The position numbers and the translations under genes are program-made. Under the pieces are notes generated by a model. The model had not been told where the DNA came from and searched no databases. It was given only the letters and a program-made list of their open reading frames with translations. A DNA stretch of 64,000 bases. Source: Mytilus trossulus (lineage: Eukaryota). Positions 1 through 13,703 of the stretch are shown here, piece after piece. The DNA is taken from contig NW_026963333.1 of assembly GCF_036588685.1 (NCBI RefSeq), positions 1 through 64,000 of the forward strand. Reading direction: 5' to 3'. Every line of letters starts with the position of its first letter. Position 1 is the first letter of the stretch.

Positions 1-203
1 TGCAATCAACTAATAACGTGCTCGTGACTTTGGAAAGGCGAATACAGACTATGGTGAAATCACATATGTGAGTGGCTAAAAAGTTAATTGAAATACAAAA
101 TACCGGTTTTTGCTAAGCAGCTTGATGAAAAGTGATGGGTCATTGATGTTAATGATACTGATGTTTTTTCAATGAAAGACTGTATTTATGTTGATATTTG
201 TAG

Positions 204-3200
204 GAGATGTTTGTGATCCTGATTTAGATGGTGATGGTATCAACAACTCTGATGATAATTGTCCGTACCTACATAACTCTCTACAGGCAGATATCAACGG
301 TATGTATAAACAACTCTGATGATAATTGTCCATACCTACATAACCCTCTACAGGCAGATGTCAATGGTATGTATATACAACTCTGATGATAATTGTCCAT
401 ACCTACATAACCCTCTACAGGCAGATGTCAATGGTATGTATAAACAACTCTGATGATAATTGTCCATACCTACATAACCCTCTACAGGCTTATATCAACG
501 GTATGTATATACAACTCTGATGATAATTGTCCATACCTACATAACTCTCTACAGGCAGATATCAACGGTATGTATAAACAACTCTGATGATAATTGTCCA
601 TACAAAAATGTACATACATAACCCTCTACAGGCAGATATCAATGGTATGTATAAACAAATCTGATGATAATTGTCCATACCTACATAACTCTCTACAGGC
701 AGATATCAATGGTATGTATAAACAACTCTGATGATAATTGTCCATACCTACATAACTCTCTACAGGCAGATATCAATGGTATGTATAAACAACTCTGATG
801 ATAATTGTCCATACCTACATAACTCTCTACAGGCTTATATCAACGGTATGTATAAACAACTCTGATGATAATTGTCCATACCTACATAACTCTCTACAGG
901 GAGATGTCAATGGTATGTATAAACAACTCTGATGATAATTGTCCATACCTACATAACCCTCTACAGGCTTATATCAACGGTATGTATAAACAACTCTGAT
1001 GATAATTGTCCGTACCTACATAACCCTCTACAGGCAGATGTCAATGGTATGTATAAACAACTCTGATGATAATTGTCCATACCTACATAACCCTCTACAG
1101 GCAGATGTCAACGGTATGTATAAACAACTCTGATGATAATTGTCCATACCTACATAACCCTCTACAGGCAGATGTCAACGGTATTTATAAACAATTCTGA
1201 TGATAATTGTCCATACCTACATAACCCTCTACAGGCAGATGTCAATGGTATGTATAAGCATGATAATTGTCCATACCTACATTACCCTCTACAGGCAGAT
1301 GTCAACGGTATGTATAAACAATTCTGATGATAATTGTCCATACCTACATAACCCTCTACAGGCAGATGTCAATGGTATGTATAAACAACTCTGATGATAA
1401 TTGTCCATATGTACATACCCCTCTACAGACAGATATCAACGGTATGTATATACAACTCTGATGATAATTGTCCATACCTACATAACCCTCTACAGACAGA
1501 TATCAACGGTATGTATATGATTGAAGCAGTAGGCACATCATAAGAAGGGTATTTTATGCAATAATTAGAAGTTCAGCAATTATCAATCAATCATACAACA
1601 CATCAAACATACATACAGTAATATTAGCGATAAATTTGAATATATATTTATTTATGACAATAAACATTGTTGTAAATTCATTTTTTCTATTTATATGGAA
1701 AAAAAGAAGTAAGAAAGTACAGAAGACAAATATTATTAGAGTTAAATGTTCATGTACCACTGTGTGGCACTTAAGAATTGTAAAAAAAGAAAAAAATATA
1801 AAAACTATCCCGTAAGATTTTCAGTACATAATAAATTGTGCTATTAGATACAGTAATATTTTATGTTTGTTTTGACAATAAATATAGATTGTAAAAACAA
1901 ATGACAAATTGAATTATAAAAATAATACTTTGAATGCATTCCACATGGTATCAAAGTGCTTTTGTCTCTTATTTTTAACTGCCATTATTTTTTCTAAATT
2001 GTACATATATTTGAACTTTTCTTTAATGGCACTGATTGAAAGATCTTTTGAAAAACATCTACTGTTGTATATAAATTGTTTCATGTATAGAAAAATCAAT
2101 TTATATGGGTCACCTTTTCGAACTTTTGTTATATCTCCAAAAATAAAATTCAACTTATTTAATGGCAGGCTTACCCCACCAGATAAGAACCAATAATCTA
2201 CATCTTGTAAAATTTTTTGGATAATCTCACAATTCCACAGAATATGTTCAATGGTTTCATCTTCTAATTTACAAAAAGTACATAGAGGGTTATCGATAAG
2301 TTTGATTTTACATAAAAAATTATTTGTGGCAAGAATTCTATGGTTGATTCTGTACTGAAGCCACTGTAGTTTAGTATTGACAGTGACTGTAAAAGGTAGT
2401 TTGAATATATGTTTCCAAATGAGATCTTCACCTAATATTTCACTCCACTTCAGTTGTCCTGTTGGAGTCACTTTATTACTTATGAGTATTTTGTACATAT
2501 CTTTAGTACCTTTTTTACTTTTAAAAAAGACACTTGTAAGCAAGCTGAAATAAATGGACAACATAACTTATATGAACCTTTTTTGTAATTTTTTGCTGCT
2601 TTTTTAATAGCAGAAATAACCCTCATGTAATTCAAAAAATTTACATTGACATCATAACATTGTTGTAACAATTCTAATGAAATAAAACATCCGAAATGTC
2701 AAATTGTTAACTGAACTGTTAAAAGTTTCTTTTTCAAACTGGAAATTTAAGTATATTGTATTATTCAGGAGACCAGGTTGGTGATGATTGTGTAGTTGAC
2801 TCTGATGGGGACGGTGCGAATGACAGTAATGATACCTGTCCATATAACAAATATATATCTACAACTTCCTTCTCTGATTATTTCTCTGTTGATCTGTATC
2901 CTGGTTACAGTATAGATCCTGAATGGAGAGTAAAGGCAGTAGGCAGGGAGATATACCAGTTAGCTGATACTATGAAACCAGTCATGGTAATAGGTCAGTT
3001 TGTTGGTTACAAAGTACCTGATACAGATTAGAATTGTGAAATAAATTAAGTGAAATCAGTGACATTTTACACACATACAACAGAAATTTATTCAAAATGT
3101 CTTCCAAGCAAGTCTGTATAGATGAATTCTGAATTAAGTTATATTTGATTAAAACCCACTCTTGACTTAATTTCATAACTTTAGAATAAATTGAGAATGG

Positions 3201-6200
3201 AAATGGGGAATGTGTCAAAGAGACAACAACCCGACCATAGAACAGACTACAGCAGAAGCTAGGTCACCAATGTTTCCTTTCTTTCTTGGCAAAAAACCTT
3301 ATAGTACACAGTTATATATCATTTTATAAATAGGTGAGCAGACATATGGGTCTATGAAATACAGTGGAACTGTTTATGTACCATCAGACAAGGGAGATAA
3401 CTACATTGGAATAGTGTTTGGTTATGTTAACAATAGGAAGTTTTATCTCTTGTCATGGAAACCAACTAATTACAATTTTGAAACTACAACTTTTCAGACT
3501 GGTCTTAAAGGACTCAACTTAAAGGTAATTCTGTAGAAACTATTTACATATGTGTGTATATTGCATTATTTTTAAGTTCTGCAGGATAATTTTTCTCCTT
3601 TATAAATTTGAATGTATTGAATTGGAGGGAAACTATTCTCTCTTGTCTTTCATTGCATTTGGGTTCCATGTTAATGCATGGTAATTTTCATTCCAAAACA
3701 AGGGTCTTTTGTTATTCTATGAATTGTACAAAGTTTATTTTAATATGAATATTTGAATAAGAATGAAGTTTGTTACAAAATTAATTCCATTGATAGTTCC
3801 ATCTTAAAAGCCTAAGGTTTCCAAGAAAAAATAGTTTTTATAGTCCAGTATAAGTAATGAACAGGTAATTGTATAATGTGTCTTACTATCCATTTTTTTT
3901 TTAAGTACTCATTTGTTATTATTCAGTTCAAAAGTCAGTTTAATACGCATGTAGGGGTCAAATTGTTGTGTATTTTTTCATCTGCATGATATGCAGTTTA
4001 TGACGTGTGGTTTCAACATGTTCAACTTATACTTTCGGATAACATATGTTTTTAAGTATTATTTATTGGACTTTTGTAATTTAATAAGTACTTTTTGAAA
4101 CTATGATTATTGTCCATATCATTTAATTTAAATGTGTCCATATTTCTTTACAAATAGGTAGTGAACTCCAATACTGGTCCTGGACAAACATTAGCTTATG
4201 CTCTATGGCACAGTAGTACAACAGTGAACCAGGTTACAGTACTATGGCAGGATGGTAACATGACAAGATGGAGTAATTACACATCATATAAATGGTTCCT
4301 ATGGCATTATACAGATTTAAATAAGATCAGGTAGATAACTAAAGTATAGATTTAAAACGGAACACCAAGACATCTACAGATATTTTTATATCTATAAAAT
4401 GGGATTGTTGAAATGATAGGTTCATTCTTTATGCAACTTCAATACTGACTACATTGTATGTCAGCACTTTCATCAGTATTTGATGGATATATATTTATGG
4501 GTATTTATATCACAAATTTATTTCTACAATATTTCATACCTTACTTAATGCATGTCACAGTTGGACTATACTTTGAATACTATATTGGCTGCAACCTCTT
4601 GTTATGCTTTATTGACACCACTGGAAGGAAAAAGAGGTAATAAATATCGATAAATATATCCAATTTGCCTGCTTAGTTGGGTTTAATTTTGGAGAACTAG
4701 AAGACGATTTTACTTTTATGCTTTAATTATTGTGGACAATTGATGTGCAACTTTTAGTACATTTAAATGAAATGTAAATTAAAAAAAATGATAACACTTG
4801 GGTGATTTCTTTCAAATGCAGGCTTCATTTACCTGTGTATAATATGACACAGGTTTTTTCAAAAGTGATGATTTTCAAAAAATTGTTAACATTTCACAGT
4901 GGTATCATACTTTTACTTTGTTTAAACCTGTTTTTTTTTTACTTTTGACCTTAATTATTTATCCCTTATAATTTGTATTTACCATGTATTTGCATTCAGG
5001 TATCACAGAACAAATTTATTGTCGTTCATTGTGTGTTAATTTACGTTTTTTGATTGAGTTAAGCTTTCCAATTGATAATTGATTACGTGTATTTTTATGT
5101 TGTGATGTTATATTATTGTTTCAGATAAGGGAGAAGGTTTGGTACCATTAAAACATTTAATCCCGCTGCAAAATGTTTGCACCTGTCCTTAGTCAGAAAT
5201 CTGATGTACAGTACATGTAGTTGTCGTCTGTTTATGTAGTTCATACTTGTTTCTCGTTTCTCGTTTTTATATAGATTAGACCGTTGGTTTTCCTGTTTGA
5301 ATGGTTTTACATTAGTAATTTTTGGGGCCCTTTATAGCTTGCTATTCCGTGTGAGCCAAGGCTCTGTGTTGAAGGCCATACCTTGTCCTATAATGGTTTA
5401 CTTTTATAAACTGTTACTTGGATGGAGAGTTGTCTCATTGGCACTCATACCCCATCTTCCTATATGTATCAAAACCCAGAACCAAACAGAGCAAAACGTT
5501 ATAATTTTTCATAATCATTTCAGATTCCAATTGTATGATGTAGATTCATTATTAGCTGACAGTGGTGACATCTATGACACCAGTATAACTGGAGGTCGTG
5601 TTGGAGTGTACCAGTTTGGCCAGGAATCAGTTTTATGGTCTGATCTGAAGGTCCAGTGCCTCCCCAGAGACAATAAAGCTTTGTATCTTGATGGAGTGGA
5701 TGATTATATTGTACTTACCAATATCACTCGTTTAGACATTTATCAAAGGTGAGAATAGATATAAAACCTTGTATTCAAATTATTGAATTTCATTTCCATG
5801 TCCTTATGGTTTTAGTGCATAATAACAAATAATGTCTTCTGTTGTAATTGACATGTGAAATATTTAATTCTTGAGGTATACAAACTGTCAGGATTTTCCC
5901 CAAAAAAATATATCTGAATTATAACTACTTTGTAACTTAATTTCTTTTAAACCCAAAATTCGCCTTTTAACAAAAAAATCAAAAATTTGGTATGTAGGAA
6001 ATTAGATTGAAAGATTAAAACATAAAATCAGTATTTAAAAAAATTGAAATCACATCAAGTGCTGATGGCAAAGGTTATATGACAGACACAGGATGCTTAT
6101 CAGTAGTTTCATCGCCTTTTTAACTTTGCATGCTTTTTAACTTAAATGTTCAGTCAACACTTTGAACTGGCTTGATTGTATACTACTGTGGAGTCAGTTA

Positions 6201-9200
6201 TTTTTTCATGGGTACCAATTTCCATGGATTAAGGACATAGTAAAATTTACTTGGATATTTGATTTCATGATTTTACAAAAGTCTTCAACAAGCCTATAGA
6301 AAATCTGTACTTCATTTAACATTTTATTGCATGGTTCACCCGTACCCACAAAATCAACAAAAGTGGTATCTCATGAATAATAATGAATCAACAGTGATAA
6401 AAATATTCACTGTTCCTTATTTTGTTTAAAACAATCGATGTATTAAAAAGCATTTATTGCTATTAACAGTTTTTCCGTTGGACTATGGATTAAGATAGAC
6501 TCATTGGCAGGGGGTGATATGCCATTATTTTGTACAGACACTAGAACTATATGTTTATGGTTAGATGGAGGTGTTGTACATGGATCTTACGGAAACAATG
6601 CAGTAACATCAACATCCACTATCAATACAAACCAATGGATCAGTTTATTGTACATATATGATGAATCAGGTGAGATTATACTAGAACGTTCAAATGAGAT
6701 TAAAAAAGAAATGTCAGGTGGTTGTTTGCTAGTAAAACAAATTATGTTTTTTATGCTTTTTTACTTAAAATCAATTGATTGAGCTACCTTGTCTTTCAGG
6801 CTTGCATTCAATATCGTAGCAGCTACATTAACATAGGGCTACATAGATTTTTGACAACTGAACAAGTAGCTTGCCTAGCTGCTTCAATATTTATGTAGCA
6901 GCTAGGCTAGCTACACATTCAATAGTCATAAATCTACGTAGCCCTATATAGCCGCTACGATATTGAACGCTACGCATGTAAGGTTGTTTTGCTGGTAACG
7001 CAAATTCTGTTCCTCATGGCTTACTACTTCAATTTTGAACCAATTGATTGAGCTAAAGGAAACAAGAATTGAAATTCAATCAAAATCTTAAACATGTTCA
7101 CAAAATGTGCACTTGCATTTGCATAAGGTCTATATCTATCGGACACAGCTCACATCTTAAATAAGGTTAAACAAAATGATTAAATTTTCCATTCCTGATA
7201 AAGTATAGAAATGCGTTACATTTGTCTCCTAGAAAATGGAGAGCTAAACTTTAGTAATAGGTTTTTATTACGTGTGGACATACCCATCCTTGATGATGAA
7301 AAACGTGCTGACCTTGATCGGTAATTTTTGTTTACTAATATCATGGAGATGCTATCTTTTTAAAGATTGAATAAAAAAATCTTTTTTTTTTCAAAAGGAG
7401 AACTATTAATACTGTTTCTTTTTAAAGATAAGATGGGACAAAAACTTTTCAAATATATTTCAAAAATATATTTTTTTAATTATATACATCAGGCGTATTT
7501 TTCGACTAAAGATTTTATGATTTTATTTTAAAATAGACTTGTTGTCTTAATTTTTTATAGAATACTTAATGACTTTGTATGTGAATGGAAACTCAGTTGG
7601 TGTAACTGGTGATGTTTCTCCTATTGACCTGGTGAGTTTAATGGATTTATACATTTAATATATTTTTAAAGACACAATTTATAAATCTGCACACGACAAG
7701 GTACATTGACTTTCTTCATCATTAGTTAAAAATTAAAAATATCTATCTACTCAAGATTTAGTTGATTTTATAGTCCTGAAAATGGAAAAGTTATATAACA
7801 TTCACAGTACTAATATCGTACTTGATTCTCTTTGCATCATCTATTGTTTGTCTGTATGTCTTCTTTCATTTTTTCATCTCTTTCAGTTTATTTTTCGATT
7901 TATGAGTTTGACTCTCCCTCTGGTATCTTTCGTTTATCATTTAATGACAAATTTAAAGGATCAATAACCTTGCTGTCATCAAATTATATATGCATGCAAG
8001 ATAGCCATCTTGAATTGAATATTATAATAATTATATTTTTTAGACACAATATACCACAGATGAAGACACTATATTTTACCTGGGGAAAAACACCAATAAC
8101 TTCTATAAAGGCAATGTTGATGAGGTAAGAACATTAATAAATCTCACTTTGAGTCATAATTCCTCTTTGCTCCTTAACTTAATACTTTAACCTTGATCAC
8201 TGATTTAGGTTCTGTTCAAGTCTGATCTGTAGCATAGAGTGTGGATTGAGGGTTCTTAATTTTTTTTTAATTGTTTTTTCAAAGCATTTTTCTATATTTA
8301 GTTTGCCCATTTTTCGGTTTTATTTCTGATTTGGAATCTGTTTATTATCTATTCCTTTTTTATTTTATTTTTTTGTCTATTCTTTTTTATCTATTCTTTA
8401 ATTTAAATTTTAGCCCTCTATTTTGCTCTTTGTGTCCATTATTCTCCATTTTATTAACCCAATATAGACCCTCTTTTATGGAATACATAAAGACAACAGT
8501 AGTAGACTGCTGTATATTAGTCATGTTACTGGATTAAAAAAATCAAGGTTTCAAACTGAAACCAAGTGAAACAATGGAAACACTGAATTGCAACAGAAAC
8601 AACCATGAACATACAAAGAACCAGACTATTTTATAACAACTGCCATACTTCTTACTTGGCTTGGGATTTAGGGTAGTTATTTGACTTGGTGAAGAAAAGA
8701 GTAAGTTTTTTTTCAAGAATAAGACTTTTAAAACTAAGAGAAATGTTCAGATTAGTAGTTGGGAACAGTTTATAAAGACTTTATATTTTAAGACCCTTTA
8801 TGTAAACCAAGGTTTGGTATTATTCCAGTTTGTGTTTTATAATGTGGCACTGCTAGGAACAGAAGTAAATGATCACATCCATTTACCTTCAATCACAAAA
8901 TACCCAACATACCACAGATATGGGCAGCTATACTATAAAATGGATCAGACTACTGGTGCCCTGTATCTGAAAGATAAAGGACTACTTGAGGTACCAGGTC
9001 AAATATATGGAAGTCCTATTTTTGAAGATGTAAGTTAAATGTTATTTATCTATTTTTGATGTTTTTACCTGTAAAATATTTGACATACATATTATTTGAT
9101 TTACTTGAAATATACTGAATCCTATGCAAAAAAACTGCACTACAAATGGTAAGAGCTTAATGCATATAGTCAAAAGCCAAAGATGAGTCAATATAATGAG

Positions 9201-9426
9201 AGCAAACTCCTATTTGCTGGTCCCTTTTTTAAATCAAAACAGTTGAAAAAAACAAAATGAAAAGCATTGAGGATCCCAAATGTAAGTACTAGTATGTATA
9301 TTGCTGTGAAATATACACTTGGGCAAACCTGTTAAATAACTGATGTAACTTAATTGGTATATTTTTATTTTCTTGCAGAGCCTCCAGGATTATAGCAGAT
9401 TTAATTTAGAATATCCAGATAATTAG
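204..9426 (+). CDS. Thrombospondin/COMP-superfamily protein, 3' part (TSP type-3 repeats, TSP C-terminal domain, LamG/ConA-like domain); 5' exons lie upstream of the window
   Basis: Ten exons with AG/GT borders and compatible phases: 204-299 (GDVCDPDLDGDGINNSDDNCPYLHNSLQADIN), 2769-2993 (GDQVGDDCVVDSDGDGANDSNDTCP...DPEWRV...GREIYQ), 3334-3524 (YSGTVYV...GDNYIGIVFGY...KFYLLSWK), 4158-4330 (VVNSNTGPGQTLAYALWHS...VLWQD...SYKWFL), 5524-5748 (ADSGDIYDTSITGGRVGVYQFGQESVLWSDL...ALYLDGVDDY), 6470-6669, 7561-7631 (MTLYVNG), 8044-8124 (FYKGNVDE), 8829-9029, 9379-9426 (TAG stop). DxDxDG/DNCP motifs mark TSP3 repeats; the middle exons match the TSP/COMP C-terminal domain; the later exons match LamG. Confidence 0.9.
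240..1516 (+). repeat. 67-bp minisatellite (~19 units) built from the 3' end of a TSP3 exon plus its splice donor
   Basis: Unit ~acaactctgatgataattgtccatacctacataaccctctacaggcagatgtcaacggtatgtataa repeated head to tail; the first unit overlaps coding exon 204-299. Variant units near 601 (insertion) and 1255 (deletion). Confidence 0.97.
1914..2700 (-). mobile_element. 5'-truncated non-LTR retrotransposon (LINE) ORF2 C-terminus
   Basis: ORF 1914-2564: W..IFKLPF....TKLQWLQYRINHRILATN..L.KIK......CTFC....ETIEHILWNC is the CCHC zinc-binding (zf-RVT-type) tail of LINE ORF2; it continues upstream through a frameshift (ORF 2480-2671). The 5' boundary is approximate. Confidence 0.85.
5085..5465. repeat. 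Dispersed short repeat (SINE/MITE-like), family A
   Basis: Core ggccctttatagcttg...gtgtgagccaaggctc...gttgaaggcc...ggagagttgtctc recurs at ~53380-53550 and more divergently at ~45215-45470 (inverted), ~50550-50730 and ~51500-51860, plus palindrome mirror copies. Confidence 0.75.
6827..6967. mobile_element. Small MITE-like element with ~19-bp terminal inverted repeats
   Basis: ttcaatatcgtagcagcta at the left end and tagccgctacgatattgaa at the right end (1 mismatch), with internal gctac/gtagc sub-repeats. Mirror copy at ~19943-20083 region. Confidence 0.6.
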
Positions 9427-10169
9427 CAAGGACATTGATTCACCTTACTTATAAGGAGAGAAATTCCAGAAGAAAATATTAAGATATTTGAGAGTGATGA
9501 TACTACTATGGGCCACAGCAATTTTACCTTGTTTGAAGAACTGTTATTAGATATATTGAATGAAATAAACTGAATCTGTGATATATTTTATATTTTTATG
9601 GTTATATTTTTAATAATGTTGATTGTTATACATTTTTATTTAGAACAAACATGTTATAAAAATACAATTTATTTTATAATAAAAATCATTTGTATAAAAT
9701 TATTACTTCATATCTTATTTTTAATTCACTTTTGTGATTAAATATAAAGAGGGGACTTGATATTATGAAATTACAGATTAATGAAGTGTAGGTGTAAGGA
9801 TTTTATTTTTAACTGGATAGAGGTCACAAACAGACCACCAAATTAATTCCTTGAAATTGGCTTGAATTAGCTTTTTTCGTAACTGTGAATTCAATAAGAA
9901 TGCTTCTTTCAATACTCTTAAACAATATTGGAAAACTATTAAAATTCAATCCAAATCTATTACTTGCTTTAAAATGGAATAGTTGGTGAGGATGTGAAGA
10001 CTTATCTGGAAAAATACTTGTGTAATTTTGTTTAAAAATTAATTACACAACACCATTTGTGTCTGAAAACAAGGTAAATGGATTGCTGTTTGCTTCTGTG
10101 GCTGAAATATTTCATGCATATCCATTCACTGGTTAAGCAAGATTAGAGGATGGCGGCTCACTAAGACGC

Positions 10170-10585
10170 TATTAAACCAACAGTTCCAAATGATGAAGTT
10201 GAAATCATCCCTTCGGATTTTACGGATGCCATCACGAGTTGGTTGACCGTTAGGGAATAACCGTTTCACAGATGATATCTGATATGTTCCTTATTTAGTC
10301 ACTACAATACCATTCCCTTTTCATGAATGTCACCTATCGAATAAGACTATTTACTGGAATTGTAATAACATAAGCAACACAACGGGTGCCACATGTGAGC
10401 AGGATCTGCTTACCCTTCCCGAGCACCTGAAATCACCCCCAGTTTTTGGTAGGATTCATGTTGCTTAGTCTTTAGTTTTTTATGTTGTGTCTTCTGTACT
10501 ATTATTTGTCTGTTTGTCTTTTTATTTGGTGTTGTCAGTTTATTTTCAATCTATGAGTTTGACTATCTTTTGTACCTCTTTTATT
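10170..10585. repeat. Dispersed repeat family B (probable retroelement 3' end)
   Basis: Core gggtgccacatgt..agcaggatctgcttacccttcc..agcacctga.atcacccc recurs at ~16326-16741 (mirror), ~37000-37230, ~42680-42910, ~57345-57660 and ~58556-58762. Some copies retain LRKFYGRHHELVDRYGITVSQMISD coding-like sequence. Confidence 0.8.
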
Positions 10586-11464
10586 GATGGTACTGCAACT
10601 CATTGTTATTGACAAATGACAAAGTTCAAAAGTTTGCAGTCTAAAATGAAGAAAAAAAATTGTCTTTGTTTTGAAATAAAAATGAGTATGAAAGTTTTAT
10701 AAAAAATGATTTAGTAATAACCTGTAATGAGGAATTCAACTAAGGAATTTAATTAATCATATTTAACCTGAATGAAGCATTGATAGCGTAATAAAGAAAG
10801 GCTTGAGTCTTTTTTATATATATAGAAACATTTGCATGCTTTCCATATGAAAAGATTTTAAAGGGGCACTAGTAACGAGATATAATAGGATTATTTTTTT
10901 CGCTCAATCATTAATAAAGGGAAATAATGAAATAATTATTAGTGTTTAGTAGCCAGTTTAGTTCAATGTTGTCAAAAAAAGCAAAGAAACAAATTTACAA
11001 GTATGAAATTCTCACTTTTTATCTGTACATTTGTAAAAAAAATCTGAACAGTACTTAATTGTTCTTGACAAAGAAATTGGCAATTTTCTAGCTCTTGCTA
11101 GCTATTGTTCCCACCTTCATTTCCTTAATTGGAGCATCACCCATTGTTACTGTTCACTGAGTTTATATTTGTGTGTCTTTCGTGGATCAGGAAGCCCTTC
11201 TTCCATCGTACACCATATGTAATTTACTCTTGGTTTTTGTGAGGTTCTTTTTGATCCGTTTTTTTCCATTGTAGAATATTTCTTTACTCTTTAATTGTTT
11301 GTCCTTTTTCTTTCTATCTTTGCTGGCCATGCTTTTGTCTCTCTCCCTCTCACTCTCTTTTATCTTCAACATTTATCAGTACAGCTTTCCAATATGAGTT
11401 GAATGAAGTTTTAAAAAAAAGACGTGTAAGAGGGATGAATTGATTCATCCAATATAACATAATT

Positions 11465-11660
11465 TGATTCGACTGTCATATAAGTGAGAGGTTTAGCGCT
11501 ATAAAACCAGGTTCAATCCACCATTTCCTACATTTGAGAATGCCTGTACCAAGCTAGTCAGGAATATGACAGTTGTTGTCAATTCGTTTGATGAGTTTTG
11601 TCATTTGATTAGGGAATTAATTTATGATTCAATTTTCAGTATTTTTGTGATTTTACATTT
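11465..11660. repeat. Dispersed repeat family C
   Basis: Motif gagaggtttagcgctataaaa..aggttcaatccacc...tgcctgtacca...gtgattttac also occurs at ~15251-15446 (mirror), ~29725-29930, ~40677-40870 and, degenerate, at ~46920, ~50870-51060 and ~54190. Confidence 0.75.
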
Positions 11661-11972
11661 TGTTTGAATACATTATGCGTACTGTTTAGTTATTCAAGAG
11701 AAATACTTTGAGGTGAACGATTCTGTTCTTAAATCAGGTATAGGAACTGGGTCATTAACATATTATTCTCTTTGAGTGAAGAGGTGTATGAAATGAAATC
11801 CATTACACACATATAACAAAAAAGTTTTAACTAATTGAATCAAACAACAAATCAATAAACTAAAACAACAAAAATAAGCAAAAGCATACGATGAACCAAA
11901 CAAACAAAATGAAATTGACAAGACACTCAAAATTGGGATCGGAACAAAAAACAGCTACATTCTTTTTATATC

Positions 11973-12208
11973 TTATTTTCTTTTAATCATCATGATAGAC
12001 TTTTTTAGTGGCTTTGTATTTTGTCTCCATCGATACCAGTAATTACCAGCACCCTTTGTGTCATTGTACCTCCCATTCAAATTAGCATAATCACAACTAT
12101 TAAACCACCAACCAGCATGCCTTTCAACAGCACAATTACCGCTGTTCCTATCGTTATCTGAATCTTTCGTGGTAAATTTCATGCCATTACCATTATGTAA
12201 TCCATCAC
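11973..12208 (-). CDS. Terminal exon of the fibrinogen-related (FReD) gene, left-arm copy, convergent with the thrombospondin-like gene
   Basis: Mirror of 14703-14938; GDGLHNGNGMKFTTKDSDND...CA....GWWFNSC..ANLNG.Y...W......LKKSIMMIK is the fibrinogen C-terminal signature. Confidence 0.85.
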
Positions 12209-13703
12209 CTAAAAAAAGAACGAAATAAGTGTATAATAGAACAAATAATATTGAAAGGATACAATAGATTTTAGATTTAACACCGTAATAATCGAAATCT
12301 GAGGTTTAAGATCAAGTTTTCCTGAGGGAAAAACAACCTCATTTATTACGAATAAATAATATATTATTTGAATCAACATATGGCAATGCAGTGCTTCGCA
12401 AATATATTTGCTGAACAAAGCTAGTATCCCTTGGCATTTTGTTTGGAAATGCAATTTTCTAAAAACGAGTTGAAAATGAAAATAGTTACGCATTATCGTA
12501 TTAATTTGAACTGATCTATATATAATAATCTGACAACTTGATGTAACGATTTCGAATTGAACCATTTAGTACTTTTCTTAAGTGGTATAATTCATTTTCA
12601 AAAATCAAATACTGCTTAAAATTGACTTTTGATGATGTATCGAACCAATGACTAAATGTCTTGCACTTAATTCATAATTGATATGACCGTCCTGGTTTAA
12701 ACGTTTTAAATTATTTTGTTTCTGTGTAAATTTTCAAATATTTAGATAAATTATGTATTCCATATGTCACTATTGAAACATCTTCGCCAAAAGCAACATG
12801 CGAGACAATAATTTCATTAATTTAGATCGTTCTAACGTGTTTGTCTTTTAAAGAATTCAGACTTGCAGATATAACCTATATATTACGAAAAATTGATGGA
12901 AAGCATTGAAATCGTCTCGTTTGTTATAGATTCAAATACTGAGATGATTGCTGTTGTGAAATTTGAGGTAAATGTCTGAAAAGAAACTGGAGAAACGGTA
13001 TCTGTGTTTTCTTCAATCTCTAGATCATGAGGATACATAGAATTTAGAATAATTAAGAAAAGTATGAATTGTTAATGGAAAGATAATCATCGAGTGAAAT
13101 CAAATTTTCAATCGTTATGAAACTTATAAGTATTTGTAGTTTCGTATGCATATAAATCCTCATACCACTACCAATAAAACACTACGTTAAAATTAAAATC
13201 GTCCAAAATACGGGGTAAACTTATGTTCTATATTAGGGTAAGCAGTTACAAACGACATGAGTTGCGTGCTCAGTCGTGAACCATTTGGATGTTATTTGCA
13301 TTGTGTGTTATTTGTAAATGCAGACCGTATGATAAAATGGAGAATTAAAAAATATACAGATCAATTAGCATATGTTGCATGAGAATTCAAATACACATTC
13401 AACCTCATAGTTTCTGCGATAATTTTGAAGAGATGTTTTCAAATTCACAATTAAGAGCTCAATATAGCTTCCGTTCTAGTAGCAATTTGTTAATAAGAAA
13501 ATCATGACATGAATCGCAAATCAGGAGAATAAATTAAAACCGATGGAAACACTTTAAGAAGAAAACAATAGAACAACTGTTAGACCAGGTGAGATAAAAT
13601 TTTAAAAAGGTATCTTACAAACAATGTATGATCATATTTTTTTATAATAAAATCTACATAGTTCCTTTAAAAAGTATACATATATGGTTGGTTTATGTTT
13701 CAG

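Noticed and set aside
1-67. Possible upstream thrombospondin exon ending at gtgagt
   Set aside because: The one open frame has no TSP3-like residues and its phase does not match exon 204.
240-1516. CRISPR-like array or TSP3-repeat-coding ORFs (1133-1327, 1200-1394)
   Set aside because: There are no unique spacers and the context is eukaryotic. The ORFs are by-products of a 67-bp intronic repeat with stops in most units.
11187-11372. Lys-rich ORF and its mirror at 15539-15724
   Set aside because: Purine-rich low-complexity sequence with no supporting gene structure.
12209-12565. 118-aa ORF and its mirror at 14346-14702
   Set aside because: Lies in the last FReD intron and ends at the splice acceptor; duplicated only because of the palindrome.
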